Source: an uncultured Candidatus Saccharibacteria bacterium (GTDB lineage Bacteria; Patescibacteriota; Minisyncoccia; Phycocordibacterales; JACOZG01). From it: a DNA stretch of 64,000 nucleotides. Positions 54,097 to 63,577 of this stretch are shown here, in pieces. The DNA is taken from assembly GCA_964460805.1 (NCBI GenBank), contig CAYWPU010000003.1:32014-96013 (forward strand), given 5' to 3'. The notes beneath the pieces were generated by a model. That model was given only the letters and a program-made list of their open reading frames with translations, ran no database searches and had not been told where the DNA came from. Every line of letters begins with the position of its first letter. Positions within the stretch are counted from its first letter, which is position 1. Both the position numbers and the translations under genes were made by a program.

Positions 54097-54167
54097 TTGC
54101 CAGACTAGGACTCGAACCTAGATACTCGCCTCCAGAGGGCGATGTCCTACCATTAGACGATCTGGCA
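54097..54167 (-). tRNA. tRNA-Gln (anticodon CTG)
   Basis: Reverse complement TGCCAGATCGTCTAATGGTAGGAC...loop CTCTGGA...GGTTCGAGTCC...TCTGGCA, with a U1:A72 pair as typical for bacterial tRNA-Gln. Confidence 0.8.
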
Positions 54168-54382
54168 AGGCGCTCTTACCTTAGCACACTTGTGGCGTAA
54201 TTTGAACTGGCAGAGAAAAACCGCATATGCTATACTGGGGCTTGATCTGTTCCTTTTCCTCTTTGGTGAAGAAGGGAGGTGATAACCCGAGGTTCCGTCC
54301 TATATTCCACGAAGTTCTCCCTGAAGTGCGCCCCCGCTGTGCCTTGTGCATGGCGGGGGCGATTTTATGCTAGAATAAACTT

Positions 54383-55303
54383 ATGAATAAAATAATCATT
54401 TTGCTGGTTATCGTGCTGGCGGGCTTGGGCTTCTATGTCTTTAAGCAAGGTTCTAGCCAGGATATGGGGCTAGATACGCCTCCAAGCTCAGTGCCGGATG
54501 AAGCTGCTCCAGTAGCCACAACCACACCCAAGCAGCCGGTGGTGGATAAGACCAAGACAGTCCTCGGCACTTCCATTGATGGCCGGGAGATCACGGCTTA
54601 TCACTACGGTGAGGGGAGTAAGGAGTTGCTTTTCGTCGGTGGCATCCACGGCGGCTACTCGGCTAACACGGCGCTGGTGGCGCGCGAGCTGATGGATCAC
54701 TTGGCCAGCAACCCGAGCGCTGTGCCGGCTGGTCTCAAGCTCACGGTGGTACCAGTACTCAACCCGGATGGCTTGGCTAAAGTGGTGAGTGATCCAGACG
54801 TGGCTTTCTCTCCCAGCGAGATCACGGCGGGGACTGCAGAGCGGGTGGCCGCGCGCTTCAACTCGCGCGAAGTGGATCTCAACCGCAACTTTGCTTGCGA
54901 CTGGCAAGCCACAGGCAAGTGGCAGAGTCGGAGCGTGAGCGGCGGCAGTGCTGAGTTTTCCGAGCCGGAGAGTCAGGCAATCCGCGACTATGTACTCGCC
55001 AGCAAGCCGGTAGCGGTGGTGGTGTGGTATAGCGCGGCGGGTGGCGTCTTTGCTTCCAGTTGCCACAACGAGAGCTCGGCGACTGTGGCGGAATCACGCG
55101 CGCTCACCACGCTCTTTGCTAAAGCTTCCGGCTATCGCGCTCATGAGGAATTTGATTATTACGAGATCACTGGCGATCTCACCAACTGGCTCTCTCGCGA
55201 GGGCGTCCCGGCCATTAGCGTCTTGCTCAGCGACCACACCAGCAGTGAGTGGAGCAAGAATAAGTCTGGAATTGAGGCGCTCATCAAGCATTACGCGCAG
55301 TAG
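54383..55303 (+). CDS. M14-family zinc carboxypeptidase (murein-peptide/gamma-D-Glu-DAP peptidase-like), membrane-anchored
   Basis: DLNRNF signature, IHGGY metal-ligand region, SEPES motif, and an N-terminal TM. Confidence 0.7.
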   Translation: MNKIIILLVIVLAGLGFYVFKQGSSQDMGLDTPPSSVPDEAAPVATTTPKQPVVDKTKTVLGTSIDGREITAYHYGEGSKELLFVGGIHGGYSANTALVARELMDHLASNPSAVPAGLKLTVVPVLNPDGLAKVVSDPDVAFSPSEITAGTAERVAARFNSREVDLNRNFACDWQATGKWQSRSVSGGSAEFSEPESQAIRDYVLASKPVAVVVWYSAAGGVFASSCHNESSATVAESRALTTLFAKASGYRAHEEFDYYEITGDLTNWLSREGVPAISVLLSDHTSSEWSKNKSGIEALIKHYAQ

Positions 55304-55315
55304 GCGAGATCAATA

Positions 55316-56176
55316 ATGTCTCGGCGCGCGTTGTTCGTTTGTTTGGTTCTAATTATCACTGTTGTTCTGGCGGGTGTTCTGACTTTCTCTCGCCAAGCGC
55401 CAGAGAGTGCGCCACTGCCGGCCGAGCCGGCTGGCAAATCTGTAGCGTTCAAGAGACAAGTGATCGGCCAGAGCGTGGAGGGTCGCGCGATAGAGGCTTT
55501 CACTTTTGGCACCGGTGCCAGGGAATTATTATTTATTGGCGGTATCCATGGCGGTTATGAGTGGAATAGTGTTTTGCTCGCTTATCAGTTTATAGATTAT
55601 TTCTCTGCTCAGCCGGAGCAAGTGCCAAGCTCTTTGCGCGTTACAATTATTCCCAACCTCAATCCCGACGGCGTTTATAAAGTAATTAAAAAAGAGGGGA
55701 GATTTGCGCTTGCAGATGTGCCGAGTGGTGATGCTTCCCCTGGCCGCTTCAACGCGCACAATGTTGATCTCAATCGCAATTTTGCCTGCAAGTGGCAGGC
55801 GCAGAGTGCTTGGCGCGGCCAGCCGGTGAGCACAGGTCTTGCCGCCTTCTCCGAGCCGGAGAGTCGGGCTTTGCGAGACTATGTGCTGGCCAGCAGGCCG
55901 AGCGCGGTAGTTTTCTGGCACAGTCAAGCCGGAGCTGTGTATGCCTCTGAGTGCGAGGCGGGGATTTTGCCCGAGACACGCGCCATCATGAGCGCTTATG
56001 CGAAGGCGGCTGGTTATCAGGCAGTGGAGACTTTTGACGCTTATCCGATCACTGGCGATGCTGAAGGCTGGCTGGCTTCTATTGATGTACCGGCGATCAC
56101 TGTGGAGCTCACTACGCACGAGAGCGTGGAATGGGAACAGAACTTGGCTGGCGTGCGCGCTCTGTTGCAGCGCTAG
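55316..56176 (+). CDS. M14-family zinc carboxypeptidase, tandem paralog
   Basis: Same motif set (GGIHGGYEWNS, DLNRNFACKWQ, SEPESRALRDYVLAS). Clearly paralogous to the upstream gene. Confidence 0.7.
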   Translation: MSRRALFVCLVLIITVVLAGVLTFSRQAPESAPLPAEPAGKSVAFKRQVIGQSVEGRAIEAFTFGTGARELLFIGGIHGGYEWNSVLLAYQFIDYFSAQPEQVPSSLRVTIIPNLNPDGVYKVIKKEGRFALADVPSGDASPGRFNAHNVDLNRNFACKWQAQSAWRGQPVSTGLAAFSEPESRALRDYVLASRPSAVVFWHSQAGAVYASECEAGILPETRAIMSAYAKAAGYQAVETFDAYPITGDAEGWLASIDVPAITVELTTHESVEWEQNLAGVRALLQR

Positions 56177-56874
56177 ACCCTCTGCGCGTACACCGAGATA
56201 CTGCGCCGCTTGCCGCCGGCCTCGCGTGTGTGGCGGTGGGACTTGTTGATCTTGTGGATGAAGAAGTCTTTCTCTAGTGCCGATTTAATTTCTTCTTCCG
56301 TGGAGACGTGCTCGGCTACGCCAATCTCGGGGTGGAGGTAAGTGCCCTCTTCGCCAGCCGGATGCTCGCGCAAAAGTCTCTCAGCATGCTCGTCTTCTTC
56401 TCGTAAAAAAGTTTTATAGAACAGCCAACCATTTGGCTTGAGCACGCGCGCGATCTCTTTTCTCAGATTTTCCCGCTCTATTTTATTTAAAAAGTGCGAA
56501 CTCATCATGTCTAAGACGATTGTTTGCGAGGCGTCAGGTAGAAGTAGAGGCTTAGCAATAGAGTGCTCTGTAAACTTTAGATTTAAGCCAGCGCTGAGTG
56601 TTCGCGCTTGGGCCAGTGCTACGCCGGAGCTATCGTAACCCGCGGCGCGCAAGCCATACTCGCGCGCGAGGTAGACCAGATTGCGGCCATTGCCGCAGCC
56701 AAGATCTAGAACTGAAGCGATGGGATTGAGATATTTCCGGCCCGCTTCGCGCTCTAGCCAGCGGCAGAACTTGAGCAAATCCTCGCTCGGCTCGGTAGAG
56801 AGCGCCAGGTGGCTCTCTGGCCCCCGTCTCCTCTTTTGCTTAGCCCCTCGCCGGTACTCTTTATTCCAGAACAT
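56173..56874 (-). CDS. class I SAM-dependent methyltransferase
   Basis: Motif I VLDLGCGNGRN. Start taken at MFWNKEY (internal Met of the longer ORF). Confidence 0.7.
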   Translation of the reverse strand: MFWNKEYRRGAKQKRRRGPESHLALSTEPSEDLLKFCRWLEREAGRKYLNPIASVLDLGCGNGRNLVYLAREYGLRAAGYDSSGVALAQARTLSAGLNLKFTEHSIAKPLLLPDASQTIVLDMMSSHFLNKIERENLRKEIARVLKPNGWLFYKTFLREEDEHAERLLREHPAGEEGTYLHPEIGVAEHVSTEEEIKSALEKDFFIHKINKSHRHTREAGGKRRSISVYAQRV

Positions 56875-56902
56875 TATTAGTTTAGTATACTGAGGAACAG
56901 AG

Positions 56903-57496
56903 ATGAAACAAGCGCCTAAACACAGACTGAGCAAACACGTCCTCGCCGCTAGCCGTGGCGCTGGGGCTAATCTAGTGCGCAGTTATGCTGAGTTTATCGC
57001 GAGTCTCGCTATCACTCCCGACACCGCTCTGGTCTTGCTAGACGAATTGCAAGACCCGCAGAACGTGGGCGCAATTATCCGCAGTGCCGCCGCTTTTGGC
57101 CTCGCTGGCGTGCTCTTGCCGGAGCATAACCAGGCGCCAGTGACGGATGCAGTGATCAGCGTCTCGGCTGGCATGGCTTATCAGATTCCTCTCGTCCAGA
57201 TTGGCAACGTGAACCAGACAGTGAGAGATCTTAAAGAGCGCGGCTTCTGGATCTATGGCCTGGAGGGTAGTGCTGGCAAGAACTTGAGTGAGGAGAAGTT
57301 TGACGCGCCAGCCGTCTTCATCCTCGGCAACGAGAGCAAGGGTATCCGCGAGAAGACGCGCGAGCACTGCGATGTGTTGCTCCGCATCCCGCTCCACCCG
57401 CGTTGTGACTCGCTGAACGTGGCCGCCAGCGCGGCAATTGCGCTCCACGCCTGGAGCCGCCAGCACCAGCCTGCGCTTGATCCTCGGCTGGCTTGA
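56903..57496 (+). CDS. SpoU/TrmH-family RNA 2'-O-methyltransferase
   Basis: SPOUT motifs LQDPQNVGAIIRSAAAFG, ILGNESKGI, and IPLHPRCDSLNVAASAAIALH. Confidence 0.8.
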   Translation: MKQAPKHRLSKHVLAASRGAGANLVRSYAEFIASLAITPDTALVLLDELQDPQNVGAIIRSAAAFGLAGVLLPEHNQAPVTDAVISVSAGMAYQIPLVQIGNVNQTVRDLKERGFWIYGLEGSAGKNLSEEKFDAPAVFILGNESKGIREKTREHCDVLLRIPLHPRCDSLNVAASAAIALHAWSRQHQPALDPRLA

Positions 57497-57512
57497 GTGC
57501 TAAGATTGAGCC

Positions 57513-57548
57513 AGATTGGTCTTGCTGGCTTGGGTTTTTTATCCATTT
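57513..57548 (+). terminator. intrinsic terminator
   Basis: agccagattggtcttgctggcttgggtttttt. Confidence 0.6.
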
Positions 57549-57562
57549 AATTTTTACAAAAA

Positions 57563-58726
57563 ATGAGTAATTTCTCTAAAGGTATCTTGGTCATCATTGT
57601 TCTTCTGATCCTAGTTCTCGGTCTCTCCTTTTGGGCCAAAAACAGCGCTCCGGCCAGTCCAGCCAATCTGAGTGGCGAAACGGGTCCGATTAAGATTGGT
57701 ATGATTGGGCCGTTGACAGGTGAGGCGGCAGAATATGGCGTATCGGTACAACATGGTGTCTCCCTGGCAGTTGATGAAATCAACAAGACCGGTGGTATCA
57801 ATGACCAGTTGGTGGAGGTGATCTACGAGGACGGTAAATGTAATGGTAAAGATGCAGTCTCTGCGGCGCAGAAGCTGGTGAATGTTGATAAGGTGAAAGT
57901 AATCATTGGTGGCACTTGCAGTGGGGAAACACTGGCCGTTGCCCCCGTGACGACTCCAGCAAAAGTTATTTTATTTTCCCCGGTATCATCTGCGGCTAGC
58001 GTGGCCACGTTGGGTAACTATGTCTTCCGGAATCATCCTAACGATAATCTAGCTGGTCAACAGTTAGCTGAGTATGTAGCCAAGAAGTACAAGAAAGTGG
58101 CGGTTATTTCTGAGCAGACAGACTATGCTCAAGGGATTCGGGCGACTTTTGTTGATGGCGTGAAGGCTAACGGTGCTTCTGTGGTATTTGATGAAGTTTA
58201 TGTTTCAGACACCAAAGACTTCCGCGCTCTGATTACCAAGCTCAAGAACACAGGAGCAGAGGCTCTCTTCATGAGCTCTCAATCCGGCGCTAATGCTGGC
58301 CAGATTGCTAAACAAGTCCGCGATCTTGGCCTCAGTCAGGTTCAACTTTTCTCGGCTTATCTGACCGGACCGGAGTTTGTGAAGTCTGGCCCAGCGGCAG
58401 AGGGAACAATTCTGATTGATGTACCTGGATTAAGTGATGGCGCAAAAGCCCAAGCTCTCCTTGCCGCTTACATGGCAAAATACGGTAAAGAACCTAATTA
58501 CAAGTTCTTTGTTGGCACTTCTTATGACGCTACTCATATCCTTGCTGACGCGATTAAACTCAACGGCTTAGACACAGACAAAATTGCTGATTATCTGCAC
58601 GGATTGAAAAATTATGAGGGAAGCATTGGTACCTATTCTCTTGATCCTGAGATCCCCGAAGTAGTTGGCTTGGGTTTGGTCTTCAGACAGATCAAGAATG
58701 GCGAAGTGGTGGACTTAGTCCAATAA
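57563..58726 (+). CDS. branched-chain amino acid ABC transporter substrate-binding protein (LivJ-like)
   Basis: IKIGMIGPLTGEAAEYGVSVQHGVSLAVDEINKTGGI and EDGKCNGKDAVSAAQKLV motifs of the Leu/Ile/Val-binding family. Confidence 0.8.
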   Translation: MSNFSKGILVIIVLLILVLGLSFWAKNSAPASPANLSGETGPIKIGMIGPLTGEAAEYGVSVQHGVSLAVDEINKTGGINDQLVEVIYEDGKCNGKDAVSAAQKLVNVDKVKVIIGGTCSGETLAVAPVTTPAKVILFSPVSSAASVATLGNYVFRNHPNDNLAGQQLAEYVAKKYKKVAVISEQTDYAQGIRATFVDGVKANGASVVFDEVYVSDTKDFRALITKLKNTGAEALFMSSQSGANAGQIAKQVRDLGLSQVQLFSAYLTGPEFVKSGPAAEGTILIDVPGLSDGAKAQALLAAYMAKYGKEPNYKFFVGTSYDATHILADAIKLNGLDTDKIADYLHGLKNYEGSIGTYSLDPEIPEVVGLGLVFRQIKNGEVVDLVQ

Positions 58727-58733
58727 TCCCAAC

Positions 58734-59594
58734 TTGAGCATCCTTCCCCAACTCATCTTAAATAGCATTATTGCCGGCGCGATCTACTCTATGGTCGCGC
58801 TTGGCTTTAATCTGATCTATAGCACGGTCAAATTTTTTGACTTGAGCTATGGCGTGCTGGCCGCTGTGGGTGGCTATGCTGTCTTCTGGCTCTACAAGCT
58901 TAACGGCTGGCCGCTCTGGCTGGCAGTGCTGGTGGCACTCGCGGTGGCCGGCTTAGTCGCTTGGTCCTTCAATAAATTAGTCTACCAGAAGTTGCGCCTG
59001 AGGCGGTCCAGCAGCATGGTGCAGTTGGTTGCTTCGCTCGGACTCTTCACCGCGCTCCAAGCTGTGATCGCCATCATTTTCTCCAGCCAGTTCCAGACAC
59101 TCTCGGCTGGCGGGGCTAGAGTATATGGGATCTGGGGCGGGGCCATTACTCAAGTGCAGGTTATTATTTTACTCGCAAGCTTGGCCGTGATGCTCTTGCT
59201 GGCGCTCTTCTTGCGCTACACGCGACCGGGTCGGGCAATCCGCGCGGTGGGCGATGACGAGGAGGTGGCGCGGGTGGTGGGAGTCAATACCAATAAGATC
59301 ATCAGCATCGTCTTCCTGATTGCCGGTGCCATTGGCGGCCTGGCGGGCGTGCTGGTGGGCTTTGATACCGGCATTGAGCCCACGATGGGTCTTAGCTTAC
59401 TGCTCAAGGGCGTGATCGCGGCCATTGTGGGCGGCATTGGCAATGTGTACGGCGGCGTGCTGGGCGCCTTCATCCTCGGCGCGGTGGAGAACTTTGGCAT
59501 CTGGCAGATCAGCGGGGAGTGGAAGGATGCTATCGCCTTTGGTTTGCTTATTATTTTTCTGATTTTCCGTCCGCAAGGCTTGCTCAAGCAATAA
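58734..59594 (+). CDS. livH: branched-chain amino acid ABC transporter permease (LivH-like)
   Basis: Polytopic permease with LivH-like N-terminus. TTG start at 58734. Confidence 0.75.
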   Translation: MSILPQLILNSIIAGAIYSMVALGFNLIYSTVKFFDLSYGVLAAVGGYAVFWLYKLNGWPLWLAVLVALAVAGLVAWSFNKLVYQKLRLRRSSSMVQLVASLGLFTALQAVIAIIFSSQFQTLSAGGARVYGIWGGAITQVQVIILLASLAVMLLLALFLRYTRPGRAIRAVGDDEEVARVVGVNTNKIISIVFLIAGAIGGLAGVLVGFDTGIEPTMGLSLLLKGVIAAIVGGIGNVYGGVLGAFILGAVENFGIWQISGEWKDAIAFGLLIIFLIFRPQGLLKQ

Positions 59595-59600
59595 GCTAAA

Positions 59601-60467
59601 ATGCCTTACTTAATCCATCTCGCAATCTTGATTGGCATCTACGGCATCCTCGGCTTGAGCTTAAATCTCGTCGTAGGTTATACCGGCTTGCTTAGCGTAA
59701 CGCACGCGGCGTTCTATGGTCTTGGCGCTTATGCCACAGCGATCCTGCTCACCAGCACGGGGCTTAACTTCTTCCTTGCTCTCTTGCTGGGCGTGCTCAT
59801 CACGATCATTGCGTCAGGCTTGATCGGCCTGGTTCTCTCCCGCTTCCGCGGCGACTTCTACGCACTTGGCTCTTTTGGTTTTAACATCATCATCTATTCT
59901 GTTTTCCTCAACTGGCAGAGCTTGACCAGAGGCCCGTTAGGCATCCCCGGCATCGCTCGGCCGGAGATATTTGGTATTAATTTCAGCAATAATCTCGCAT
60001 TTCTGATTTTGTCACTGGTTATTTGTTTTCTTGTCTACTTATTTTGCCGTTTTCTCGTCAATTCCTCCTTCGGCCGTGTCTTGCGCGCGATCCGCGAAGA
60101 CGAGCAGGCCACGCAAGTCTTTGGCTATCGCACCGCGCATTATAAATTATTGATCTTCGTGATCGGCGCCGCACTGGCCGCGCTCTCTGGCGCGCTCTTT
60201 GCGAGCTATATCACCTTCATTGATCCTTCTAGCTTCGTCCTCTTTGAGTCTATTTTCATCCTCGCCATCATCATCCTTGGCGGCTTGGCTAACCTGAAAG
60301 GCTCGCTCCTCGGCGCGCTCTTCCTCATCTTGTTGCCAGAGGCCTTGCGCTTTGTGGGCTTTCCCGCTGATGTGGCGGCGCAGATGCGCCAGGTGGTCTA
60401 TGGCCTGATTCTGGTTATACTAATGCTGTACCGCCCGCAGGGCTTGCTGGGGGAGTATAAGTTATAA
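59601..60467 (+). CDS. livM: branched-chain amino acid ABC transporter permease (LivM-like)
   Basis: Polytopic permease paired with the LivH-like gene. Confidence 0.75.
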   Translation: MPYLIHLAILIGIYGILGLSLNLVVGYTGLLSVTHAAFYGLGAYATAILLTSTGLNFFLALLLGVLITIIASGLIGLVLSRFRGDFYALGSFGFNIIIYSVFLNWQSLTRGPLGIPGIARPEIFGINFSNNLAFLILSLVICFLVYLFCRFLVNSSFGRVLRAIREDEQATQVFGYRTAHYKLLIFVIGAALAALSGALFASYITFIDPSSFVLFESIFILAIIILGGLANLKGSLLGALFLILLPEALRFVGFPADVAAQMRQVVYGLILVILMLYRPQGLLGEYKL

Positions 60468-60532
60468 ACCCCCACACCACAGTATTAGACCACAAAATGT
60501 TATAATAATGTGTTGTAATTTAATATAAAAAT

Positions 60533-61657
60533 ATGAATAAACAAACAATTTGGACAATCGTTATCGTTCTCGCGCTGATTGCGGTGGGTGTATGGACGAG
60601 TCAGAAGTCTGAAGTACCGGTGAGTGGGGAGACGATTAAGATTGGAGCGGCGCTGACAATGACAGGTTTTGGTTCTACTTGGGGCGAAGCGGAGAGAAAT
60701 GGTATCCAGTTGGCAATTGAAGAAATAAACAGTAAAGGCGGAATGAATGGTCGGCCACTGGAGTTGGTTCTAGAAGATACGGCCTCAGATAATGCCAAAA
60801 CTGTTTCCGCAGTGATTAAGTTAGTGATTCTTGATAAAGCCGCAGTGATTCTGGGCCCGGGCTGGTTGGATAGCTTTGGTGGTGGTTCTCGCGAGTTGTC
60901 GAACCAATACAATATCTTGATGATGACGCCGTCGGCTTCTATCACTGCCGTCCAGACCCCAGTTGTTCATCCCAATATTTTTAGCACTTGGTATCGTTCG
61001 GATAAAGAAATTGCCCAACTGGCTGATTATATGAAAGAGAAAGGGCTGAAAACAGTTGCGCTCCTGATGCAGAATGACTCTTTCTGGGACGACAATTCTA
61101 ACCGTTTCCGCGCGCGGGCTGATGAAATCGGACTCAAATATACGGAAGTAAAATTCAATCCTGGTACCAGCGATTTCCGAACAGAATTAATCAAGCTGAG
61201 AGATCAGAAACCGGATGCCATCTTTTTTGGAGTCAATGGTGATAAAGAGTTGTTCTCGCTACTCAAGCAACGAAAAGAAATTTATCCTAATTCGCCGTTT
61301 TTCACCACCGAATATCTAATCGATTTTCTCAGCAACCAAGACTATACCGGTTTGTTAGACGGGATTGTTATTATCACGCCGCGCGATCCTAATCCGGCTT
61401 TCGCTGATAAATATACCAAGCGATTTAGTGTTCCGCCGGTTTTCTCGGCTGCTCCGGCTTACGATGCGATGAAGATTGTCGGCGAGGCACTGTCTGAGGT
61501 TGGCTCGGAAACAGAAAAATTACGAGAATATATTCGGTCGCAAGAATTCGACACCGTTACCTTCGGTCGGACGAAGTTTGATGAAATCGGCGGTGTAGTT
61601 AGTGGTGACTTTAGCTTCAAGAAAATTGAGGGAAATAAGTTAGTCGACATTAATTAA
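60533..61657 (+). CDS. LivJ-like substrate-binding protein, second copy in the operon
   Basis: N-terminal anchor and IKIGAALTMTGFGSTWGEAERNGIQLAIEEINSKGG. Confidence 0.75.
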   Translation: MNKQTIWTIVIVLALIAVGVWTSQKSEVPVSGETIKIGAALTMTGFGSTWGEAERNGIQLAIEEINSKGGMNGRPLELVLEDTASDNAKTVSAVIKLVILDKAAVILGPGWLDSFGGGSRELSNQYNILMMTPSASITAVQTPVVHPNIFSTWYRSDKEIAQLADYMKEKGLKTVALLMQNDSFWDDNSNRFRARADEIGLKYTEVKFNPGTSDFRTELIKLRDQKPDAIFFGVNGDKELFSLLKQRKEIYPNSPFFTTEYLIDFLSNQDYTGLLDGIVIITPRDPNPAFADKYTKRFSVPPVFSAAPAYDAMKIVGEALSEVGSETEKLREYIRSQEFDTVTFGRTKFDEIGGVVSGDFSFKKIEGNKLVDIN

Positions 61658-62401
61658 ATGCCTCTTCTCACCACCCACAATCTGGTTAAGAAATTTGACG
61701 CGGTGCACGCGGTGGATCATTTGTCGCTCGCTTTTGAGGCTGGGCAGATCACGAGCGTGATTGGGCCCAATGGCAGTGGCAAGAGTACGCTCATCAACTT
61801 GCTTACGGGCGTCTTGCCGCTAGGTGGCGGCGAAGTAATTATTTCTGGCGCCAAGCTGGCTAAGATCGCCGCGCCGGAGGTGGCGGCTTACGGTCTCACG
61901 CGCACCTTCCAAGACGTGCGACTATTTGAGCAGATGCCGGTGCTGGATAACGTGCTGGTGGTGCTCACCGAGCGTGGCGTGTGGAGCGCGCTATGGGAGC
62001 GGCACGGCACTCTGCACTTGCAGAAGGCGGAGGAAGTGCTCAAGAGAGTGGGCTTGTGGGAAAAGAGGCATGAGCTCGCGGTTAATCTCTCTTACGGTCA
62101 GAGAAAATTATTAGAGATCGCGCGGGTGCTGGCGCTGGGCCAGGCTTACCCGATCCAGATTTACCTCTTTGACGAGCCGTTTGCCGGTCTCTTCCCCGAG
62201 ATGGTCAAGCTGGTGAGCGGTGTCTTGCAGGAACTGCGCGCGGCGGGTAAGGCGGTAATTTTGGTGGAACATAACATGGATCTGATTAGAGAATTATCTG
62301 ATCGCGTTATTGTGCTGGACGCGGGCAAGCTCTTGGCCGAGGGCGAGCCGGAGGCCGTGCTGGCCAGGTCCGAGGTGGCGGAGGCTTATTTGGGAGAGTA
62401 G
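61658..62401 (+). CDS. livG: ABC transporter ATP-binding protein (LivG-like)
   Basis: Walker A GPNGSGKSTL, ABC signature LSYGQRKLLEIAR, Walker B IYLFDEP. Confidence 0.85.
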   Translation: MPLLTTHNLVKKFDAVHAVDHLSLAFEAGQITSVIGPNGSGKSTLINLLTGVLPLGGGEVIISGAKLAKIAAPEVAAYGLTRTFQDVRLFEQMPVLDNVLVVLTERGVWSALWERHGTLHLQKAEEVLKRVGLWEKRHELAVNLSYGQRKLLEIARVLALGQAYPIQIYLFDEPFAGLFPEMVKLVSGVLQELRAAGKAVILVEHNMDLIRELSDRVIVLDAGKLLAEGEPEAVLARSEVAEAYLGE

Positions 62402-62449
62402 ACTGGCTGTGTTAGCATCTAGGGTATTAGAATTTAAGCTAATTTTGAT

Positions 62450-63577
62450 ATGAACAAAAGTGTGAAAACTATTATCTGGCTCGTTGTTCTCGCTCTAGTC
62501 GCGTGGGGTCTCTCTAGTTTAAATAAAAAAGCGCCGGTTAATCCCGCCAGTGGTGAGGTGATTAAGATCGGTTACGTCGGGCCGTTCACGGGGCCTGTGG
62601 CTGGGACATCTGGTGAAGATGTGGCTAATGGCTGGAAGTTGGCTGTAGCGGAGCGTTCTGTGATTGCCGGGCGACCAGTAGAGGTGATTTATGAAGATGA
62701 CGCTTGCGATCCCAAGAAGGCTGTCTCTGCTGCGCAGAAGTTGATCAACATTGATAAAGTGAGAATCTTGGTGAATGGTGTGTGTAGTGGCTCCAATGTG
62801 GCGATGGGTCCGGTTGCCGAGCAAGCCAGAGTGATTTTATTTACTCCGGTATCTACCTCGCCCAAGATCACTGATTTGGGCGATTATGTTTTCCGGACTT
62901 CTGGCTCGGCTGTGCATACTGCTAAGGCTATGAGCGATTTTCTAGTGTCAAAAAAATACGACAAAGTGGCGCTGATGTATGAAAATCAAGAATATGTCGT
63001 TGGCATTAAAGATGCACTCCTGTCGCAAGGCCTATCTCCGGTAATTGCCGAGGGCTTCAATACCAGCGATACTGATTTGCGCACGCATATTCTGAAAGTG
63101 TCTCAGGCAAAGCCAGATGTTCTGGTCTTGATCACCAACTCTACTGTTACTGGCGTAGCGGCAGTCAAGCAACTCAAAGATCTCAATCTCACATTGCCGA
63201 TCTTGGCCAACGAATATTTTGCCTTCTCTACTATCGTGGAGAATCCTGATGCGGAAGGGATTTATGCCGCACAGTACAAGTATGATCCGCTGGCTAAGAA
63301 GTTGAACGACTTCTTGCAGACGTACCAGGCCACCTATGGCAAGAGTCCCAGTCAGAATATTTACGCGGCCCTGCCTTATGATGGCTACAACGTGCTTGCC
63401 GACGCCCTGGAAGCCTGCAAGGGCGATGATGACCCGGACTGTGTCAAACAGGAACTTTACGCTGTGCGAGGTTACGAGGGCATAACTGGCGCTATCAATA
63501 TTGACGCTAATGGTGATACTGAACGTGAGTTTGTAATTAAGCAGATCAGAAACAAGCAATTGGTGGATATAAACTAG
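62450..63577 (+). CDS. LivJ-like substrate-binding protein, third copy in the operon
   Basis: IKIGYVGPFTGPVAGTSGEDVANG...EDDACDPKKAVSAAQKLI. Confidence 0.75.
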   Translation: MNKSVKTIIWLVVLALVAWGLSSLNKKAPVNPASGEVIKIGYVGPFTGPVAGTSGEDVANGWKLAVAERSVIAGRPVEVIYEDDACDPKKAVSAAQKLINIDKVRILVNGVCSGSNVAMGPVAEQARVILFTPVSTSPKITDLGDYVFRTSGSAVHTAKAMSDFLVSKKYDKVALMYENQEYVVGIKDALLSQGLSPVIAEGFNTSDTDLRTHILKVSQAKPDVLVLITNSTVTGVAAVKQLKDLNLTLPILANEYFAFSTIVENPDAEGIYAAQYKYDPLAKKLNDFLQTYQATYGKSPSQNIYAALPYDGYNVLADALEACKGDDDPDCVKQELYAVRGYEGITGAINIDANGDTEREFVIKQIRNKQLVDIN

